Shown in pieces: positions 58,451 through 64,000 of a stretch of 64,000 nt of DNA. Under the pieces are notes generated by a model. The model worked only from the letters and a program-made list of their open reading frames with translations, did no database searches and was not told where the DNA came from. Position numbers and translations under genes: made by a program. Positions within the stretch are counted from its first letter, which is position 1. Every line of letters begins with the position of its first letter. The stretch comes from a virus: positions 11,743-75,742 of IMG/VR virus record IMGVR_UViG_3300045996_003052; one strand, 5' to 3'.

Positions 58451-59917
58451 TTATTCCACCTTTGGTTGGTTAACGTTACGGTTTCCCTCAGAACCTGGGC
58501 TAGTAATTCGGCCACTTTCGCCCGGTTTCGCCTGGACTTGCGCCTTAGCCTTAAGCATCTCATCAGGATACAGCTTATTAGTAACGCGAGAAAAGCGTTC
58601 AGGTAGCTTTGGAAACCCGCCGAGCTTCCTAATGAACGACTCGAGGTCATCATCGGGGGTGATGAGCTTACCTGACGTAAGTCGGGCAAGCGCCTCAGCA
58701 AGCTCCTTAACGTTTATTTTCTGTACGTCGGCAAACCGTAACCTTGGATAAGGCCGCATTTTGCCGTTGGGGAGCTCCATGTTAAAGTTAAAGTCACAGA
58801 ACGGTCGAATAATTTGTCGCGAAAACTCTTCTTCAATAAAGTTGGCTGCCGCTTGTTCAGCGTACAAAAATAAATCGGAATAGTTCTTTACCGACCCGTA
58901 ATTTCCAAACGCCTGATTTCCGGCAGAAATGAACTGGGTTAGCACGGCCCTGAAGATCATCGTGTCGTGGTGGTTCACCGAGTCCATCAGGCCTAGGGCA
59001 CCACCCTGGCCAGCGGGCGCTAAGATACCAAATTCAATTTCCTCAGGGTGGTACAACCAACTCTGTGTGTTAGACCGAAGGTTCGCAAGAATGCGTTTCG
59101 TCATCGATTCTTCGGAAGGCTTTACCCCGTACCCTGACTTTACCATCGCCTTGGGTACGCCAACACCCCACCTATCAAGTCTTAGGGCATCAATGTGGTA
59201 TAAGGCTTCCTTGTACCACCAGTGCTTGTACATCGCGCGATAAATTGATTGTCCGAAATAGTTGTCACCCTCCCGCTCCCAAGAAAAAATCGCACCATAC
59301 GTGGGGCACGGAATTCGGAGGGTAGTCTTCGTACCACCGGGTCTCACGGCGTTTTGAATAATGTAGGTAGGTATACCTTCAGAATTTACCTTGAAACCTT
59401 CAATAGTTTTAGGGAGACGAACTGCGAGTCTCCGATAATGCAGCAACCCATCCTCGTCAACCTCCCAGACCTTTTCGAACGTCGAAAAGCCAAAGTCAAA
59501 CATCAGCAACAGATGGCGCAGTGTCTGCTGCCAAGTCTCTGTCATGGCCATCGGGCCGAGAATCTTTTCGTGGGCTGTTTCAGCAATTAAAAGGTTTTGA
59601 GCATCCTGCTCATCTTCTGATTGGGCGACGATTTGGCAGGTAGTACGAAGAAGTGGAAGCTTAATAAGCAGAGAGGCGCACTTAACGGAACCATCCGCCT
59701 TACGCATCATATCGACGTTGTTAAAAAATTGCTCCCCCTGCATTGCCGGATTATAGTCGGTAAAGTTAATGACGTCGCCACCTAATCGTTCAGTACCTGA
59801 CGTACCACGTTCACGCTCAAGTGCGACTTGAGCCTTCTTCGTTTGGTCAGAATCGTGAGTCAGCCCCAGACCACGCCGCAAAAGTCCGTCTTGCTTAAAG
59901 ATTTGCCACCAAGCCAT
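58451..59917 (-). CDS. Portal protein (Mu gp29/DUF935-like)
   Basis: FGFSTFEKVW, YFGQSIYRAMY.HW, RWGVGVP; follows TerL. Confidence 0.85.
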   Translation of the reverse strand: MAWWQIFKQDGLLRRGLGLTHDSDQTKKAQVALERERGTSGTERLGGDVINFTDYNPAMQGEQFFNNVDMMRKADGSVKCASLLIKLPLLRTTCQIVAQSEDEQDAQNLLIAETAHEKILGPMAMTETWQQTLRHLLLMFDFGFSTFEKVWEVDEDGLLHYRRLAVRLPKTIEGFKVNSEGIPTYIIQNAVRPGGTKTTLRIPCPTYGAIFSWEREGDNYFGQSIYRAMYKHWWYKEALYHIDALRLDRWGVGVPKAMVKSGYGVKPSEESMTKRILANLRSNTQSWLYHPEEIEFGILAPAGQGGALGLMDSVNHHDTMIFRAVLTQFISAGNQAFGNYGSVKNYSDLFLYAEQAAANFIEEEFSRQIIRPFCDFNFNMELPNGKMRPYPRLRFADVQKINVKELAEALARLTSGKLITPDDDLESFIRKLGGFPKLPERFSRVTNKLYPDEMLKAKAQVQAKPGESGRITSPGSEGNRNVNQPKVE

Positions 59918-59925
59918 TTAGCTCC

Positions 59926-61551
59926 TTAAAAGACCCAGCCATGTGCGTCGGGACCGCGCATCTCACCGCCCGACATCATACTAGTAAAGTCTACGACGGC
60001 ACTAGGCCGCTCATGAAACCATAGAAGCCCTTGGCTCAAAGCATCGACCTGGTCCTTAAATTCGCCGCGTGGGAAAGAATCATGCTCGGCAATCAGCTCC
60101 TCTACCCACGGGTAGGCAGGCACCAGGTCACCGTTACTATTCAATTTACCCGGTAGCTTAACGTTTCCAGCTGCTATCAGGTAAGACGTCGCGGCGGCCT
60201 TCGACTCCTTACCGCCGTCAGATTTCCTGGCAATGATGCCCGAAATTTCGCGCTGCAGCGTCTGGATGACGGCAATACCGTTTGCCTTATCCTCGATTAG
60301 GATCGCGCCAACCCATGGAAACAACTCGCGAGTCATGCGGATTGCTTGAAGCGTTTCAGGGAACTGCATACGTTTTCGGTAACGGTGAATGACGTAGATG
60401 TCTGGACCTAGGCGCGCGAGAACGAACCCGACAACGTAGGAACTCGTCGTCAGGTCCTTAAACGCGCAGTCCCAGGTTTGACATGAGTCTCCCTGAGTCT
60501 GAATCTCCGAAGGCAATTCTGTATAAAATCGCCACCAGGAAGAGTCAAAGAGCCCGCCGTCTTTTGGCATCGGCCGCTGCTGCTGCTGGCCGGCGTATAC
60601 GTACGGACCGTTGCGTAACTTGATGACTTCAACCTGCTCGGGTCCAAACCGGTTAGGCGCGAGAAGCTCGCCCTCAACTACCCGCGGGTCCTCGAAAACC
60701 TTCTCTACCTTCTCCACCTTGAATTCCACCTGGCCAGTCTCAGGGTCCTCAACGTAGCGGTACTCATTTTTGAAGAAGAACGTACGGCATTTTCTAACTT
60801 CTTCAAATTCAGTAGGTAGGTAGAGGTGCACCCAGCCGGCGTCGCCAGCGTGGCGTGCCACGCCTTCCTTGCGTAGCAGGTGGCCGGAGAGGTCAAGCTC
60901 GTTAAGCCGTTGCATGATAACGACCCGGACGCCAGTTTTGGGATCGTTAACGCGGCTCGCCAACACATCGTCCCAAAAATCTCGAACTGTCTCTAAGGCG
61001 TTTTGGTTGTCAGCATCTTCTAGTTTCGTAGGATCGTCGACGACCAATCGGTCGCCACCCTCACCCGTGATGCCCGCCTGAGGGGTGCCGGTCATTCGGC
61101 AACCACCCTCCGTATTTTCATAATATGACTTGACGTTTTGGTCGGTTGAGAACTTAAACTTATGGCCCCAATTTTGTTGAAACCAATCCGACATAATGAT
61201 GCGTCTGGCCTTAACAGCCTGGGAGGTGACGAGAGCCTTACCATAGCTTACAAACAAACCCCTTAGGTGGGGGCTGGTCAACCACTCCCAGGTAGGCCAA
61301 AAGACGCTGACTGTCAGCGACTTCATATGCCTAGGGGGAATATTAATTAGAAGGTTCTGAATGTGCCCCTCACTGCACGCCATCAAGTGGTCGGCGATTG
61401 CGTCGATATGCCACCCAGAGACAAATGGAACGTTAGGCACCGCGTACGGCCACGCTAGCGGAATAAACTTTCTAAGGTTACGCTCAACTTCGCGAGTCTC
61501 AACTTCGCGGGTCAAGCGCTCTAGTTCTTGTAGGCTGGCAAGGTCTACCAT
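59926..61551 (-). CDS. terL: Terminase large subunit
   Basis: INIPPRHMKS, VVDDP, IMQRL...D, WDCAFK, IEDKANG, DQVDA. Confidence 0.95.
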   Translation of the reverse strand: MVDLASLQELERLTREVETREVERNLRKFIPLAWPYAVPNVPFVSGWHIDAIADHLMACSEGHIQNLLINIPPRHMKSLTVSVFWPTWEWLTSPHLRGLFVSYGKALVTSQAVKARRIIMSDWFQQNWGHKFKFSTDQNVKSYYENTEGGCRMTGTPQAGITGEGGDRLVVDDPTKLEDADNQNALETVRDFWDDVLASRVNDPKTGVRVVIMQRLNELDLSGHLLRKEGVARHAGDAGWVHLYLPTEFEEVRKCRTFFFKNEYRYVEDPETGQVEFKVEKVEKVFEDPRVVEGELLAPNRFGPEQVEVIKLRNGPYVYAGQQQQRPMPKDGGLFDSSWWRFYTELPSEIQTQGDSCQTWDCAFKDLTTSSYVVGFVLARLGPDIYVIHRYRKRMQFPETLQAIRMTRELFPWVGAILIEDKANGIAVIQTLQREISGIIARKSDGGKESKAAATSYLIAAGNVKLPGKLNSNGDLVPAYPWVEELIAEHDSFPRGEFKDQVDALSQGLLWFHERPSAVVDFTSMMSGGEMRGPDAHGWVF

Positions 61552-61552
61552 A

Positions 61553-61717
61553 CTAGAACTTCTTCTTATACACTTCGGGTTGAGGGCGCGGTTTTGGCAC
61601 TGGCCCCTTGATGTGCTTCAGCGGCTGCTCGCGTCGCTCATCGGGTTTTTTCATCTCGCCGATGTCTTCCTTGTCCCGCTCTTCTTCCAACGGATAACCG
61701 TAGTAATTTTCAGTCAT
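61553..61717 (-). CDS. Small charged hypothetical protein (54 aa)
   Basis: ATGA overlap with the upstream gene; ends 2 nt before terL. Confidence 0.5.
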   Translation of the reverse strand: MTENYYGYPLEEERDKEDIGEMKKPDERREQPLKHIKGPVPKPRPQPEVYKKKF

Positions 61718-62001
61718 TGATGTGCCATGATAATTTCAATAGTCGCGTCTTGAATTTGTCCAGCAGACGTCGTAATCCGGTTGATGACGTCATACCTCGC
61801 GCCGTCAGTTCCACTAGTCAACCAAATAGTCGTCTTGTAACTAGTAGCCCCCGCGTCTAGCTGGGTTAACCCCGTTGGCACCACCCACACGCTATTACTA
61901 ATTACCTCACCGGGACTCTGGCTAGCTAGCCACCTAGTCCAGTCAATGGTATACTTTCGTTTTGAGTCTGGATCTTTGTACCGTGTCCCAACCGCCATCA
62001 A
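61714..62001 (-). CDS. Fibre-adaptor-like small virion protein
   Basis: KDPD...YTIDW..WL...ISNSVW...T.IWL.SGT.G..Y.V.NRITT. Confidence 0.65.
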   Translation of the reverse strand: MMAVGTRYKDPDSKRKYTIDWTRWLASQSPGEVISNSVWVVPTGLTQLDAGATSYKTTIWLTSGTDGARYDVINRITTSAGQIQDATIEIIMAHQ

Positions 62002-64000
62002 TGCTCCTTGCCGTAACCAACCGGCACGACAATTTCACCTAATTCAGCTGCGACATAGAAAAGCAGTTGGTCTGGAGGCATTATAAACTCAAGGCTGTCT
62101 GCTTGTACAACAAAAATTTCACCGAAACCTCCAGGCTCTAAGTCAAGTTCTGGTGACGGGCTGACCGAGGCAGACGGAGAAATTGACCCTGATACTGACG
62201 CGGATGGTGAAACAGACGCCGACTCACTTGCAGATGGGCTAATTGAGGCCGAAACGCTCGCCGAGGGGCTAAACGATGGTGATTCTGACGCAGATGGTGA
62301 GATAGATGCTGAGGGCGAAACGCTTGGCGACTCACTGGCACTCGGTGAAACGCTTGGAGATTCACTCTCGCTAGGTGAGATTGATGGCGATTCAGACGCT
62401 GAAGGTGAAGCTGAAGCGCTAGGTGAAACGCTTGGCGATTCAGACGCTGAAGGTGAAGCTGAAGCTGACGGACTAACTGATGGCGACACCGAGGCGCTAG
62501 GTGATTCACTAGCGCTTGGACTGACTGATGGTGAAACGGAGGCGCTTGGCGAAACGCTAGCTGACGGACTTACTGATGGGGATGGCGATGACGATGGCGA
62601 AACGCTAGCTGATGGACTTACCGATGGCGAAACGGAGGCGCTTGGCGAAACGCTAGCTGACGGACTTACTGATGGTGATACTGACGCCGACGGACTCTTA
62701 GAGGCCGACGGACTTACTGATGCTGAAACTGACGCCGAAGGCGATTTAGACGCCGAAGGCGACTTAGACGCTGACGGCGATTTAGACGCTGACGGCGAAA
62801 CTGACGGTGATGGCGAGGCTGACGGAGACTTTGATGCCGAGGGCGACTTCGATGGCGATTCGCCAGCAGACGGCGACAGGCTAGAGCTAGGACTTTTAGA
62901 AGCAGATGGACTTATAGAAGGCGACTCAGAGCTAGACGGTGACTTACTAGCTGAGGGAGAAATTGAAGGGGACTCCGAAGAACTTGGCGATAGCGAGGCC
63001 GACGGGCTAATCGACGGCGACTCAGAACTAGACGGCGAGACTGAAGCACTCGGGGAAATTGAAGGAGATTCTGAAGAACTTGGCGAAACGCTTGCCGACG
63101 GTGACACAGACGGGCTGACGCTCGCTGACGGACTAATCGACGCCGAGGGTGAAACGCTGGGCGACGCCGAGCTACTCGGACTAACTGAAGCGCTAGGTGA
63201 TTTTGAAGCGCTCGGGCTGACTGAAGGTGATTCGCTCGCGCTCGGGGAGACACTCGCACTCGGCGACACACTCGGGCTGACAGAGGCCGACGGCGACACA
63301 CTTGCGCTGGGGCTAACGCTCGGCGACTCTGATGCTGACGGCGATTTCGAGGCCGATGGGCTGACGCTGGGCGACTCACTACTACTTGGCGAGACGCTCG
63401 CGCTCGGACTAACTGAGGGCGAGACAGAGGCTGACGGGCTAACCGAAGCACTTGGCGACTTGCTAGCCGACGGCGACACGCTCGGAGACTCGCTACTCGA
63501 TGGCGATTTGCTCGCCGATGGGCTAACGCTCGGCGACTCGCTCGCGGATGGCGAGACTGACGCCGACGGCGATGTGCTGGCGCTCGGACTGACAGACGGT
63601 GATTCACTCGACGACGGCGACACGCTGGCGGACGGCGACACCGACGGGCTAACGGAACTGCTCGGCGAGACGCTGGCGCTGGGGCTGACGCTCGGCGATT
63701 CCGAACTCGATGGCGAGACCGAGGCGCTTGGACTGACGCTGGGCGACTCACTACTGCTCGGCGAAACGCTCGCGCTGGGGCTAATCGACGGCGACTCCGA
63801 TGTCGAGGGACTAACGCTGGCACTCGGCGAGACGCTCGCCGATGGCGACACAGAGGGCGACTCGCTACTCGACGGCGATTTGCTGGCGCTCGGACTAACA
63901 CTCGGAGACTCGCTTGCGGATGGCGACACGGACGCCGACGGCGATTTGCTAGCCGACGGGCTAATACTCGGCGACTCCGATGCCGACGGACTGACTGACG
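61998..64000 (-). CDS. Giant Ser/Pro-repeat (mucin-like) virion fibre protein; 5' end lies beyond the window
   Basis: The frame stays open to position 64000; more than 600 aa of SPS[ASV]S[VEK] repeats, then a short hydrophobic/acidic C-terminal domain next to the adaptor gene. Confidence 0.8.
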   Translation of the reverse strand, partial: SVSPSASESPSISPSASKSPSASVSPSASESPSVSPSASKSPSSSESPSVSPSASVSPSASVSPSTSESPSISPSASVSPSSSESPSVSPSASVSPSSSESPSVSPSASVSPSSSVSPSVSPSASVSPSSSESPSVSPSASTSPSASVSPSASESPSVSPSASKSPSSSESPSVSPSASKSPSASVSPSASVSPSVSPSASVSPSSSESPSVSPSASKSPSASESPSVSPSASVSPSASVSPSVSPSASVSPSASESPSVSPSASKSPSASVSPSSSASPSVSPSASISPSASVSPSVSPSASVSPSSSESPSISPSASVSPSSSESPSISPSASLSPSSSESPSISPSASKSPSSSESPSISPSASKSPSSSLSPSAGESPSKSPSASKSPSASPSPSVSPSASKSPSASKSPSASKSPSASVSASVSPSASKSPSASVSPSVSPSASVSPSASVSPSVSPSASVSPSSSPSPSVSPSASVSPSASVSPSVSPSASESPSASVSPSVSPSASASPSASESPSVSPSASASPSASESPSISPSESESPSVSPSASESPSVSPSASISPSASESPSFSPSASVSASISPSASESASVSPSASVSGSISPSASVSPSPELDLEPGGFGEIFVVQADSLEFIMPPDQLLFYVAAELGEIVVPVGYGKEH

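Noticed and set aside
61998-64000. CRISPR array or DNA satellite
   Set aside because: There are no identical repeats with unique spacers; variation is synonymous, which indicates a protein repeat.
1-64000. Stop-codon reassignment, diversity-generating retroelement or retron
   Set aside because: Core genes are intact in the standard code, and no reverse transcriptase or TR/VR pair was seen.

Overview
The window is most of a tailed dsDNA phage genome (siphovirus-like tail with a Mu-like head/neck module; no integrase or tail sheath seen). Two arms converge on a hairpin at ~36.83 kb. The + arm (0.3-36.8 kb) carries many small early genes, then a replication module (SNF2 helicase, SSB-like protein, primase, UvrD-like helicase, family A polymerase, VRR-NUC). 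Interleaved with it is a nucleotide/DNA-modification cluster: a divergent 5-hmdU-DNA-kinase-like protein, a SAM methyltransferase with an in-frame LAGLIDADG insert, a dNMP kinase-UDG fusion, a dCMP-type thymidylate-synthase homolog, a dCMP deaminase and a MazG-like enzyme. The - arm (64-36.9 kb) carries terminase, portal, a papain-like protease, head protease, capsid, neck, tail, tape measure and lysis genes. Most notable: (1) a base-modification pathway that pairs a cytosine-specific TS-fold enzyme with hmU-pathway machinery; (2) mucin-like Ser/Pro (SPSAS[VEK]) tracts in four virion proteins, one over 600 aa long; (3) a first early gene enclosed by a 31-bp stalk that begins with an rRNA-type boxA, apparently mimicking an rRNA operon; (4) a three-member winged-helix paralog family and a genome-wide TGTACW/TTTACW-N17/18-TATAAT promoter network; (5) a +1 TTT_CGT tail-chaperone frameshift. 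All family assignments come from motif recognition by eye; no searches were run.
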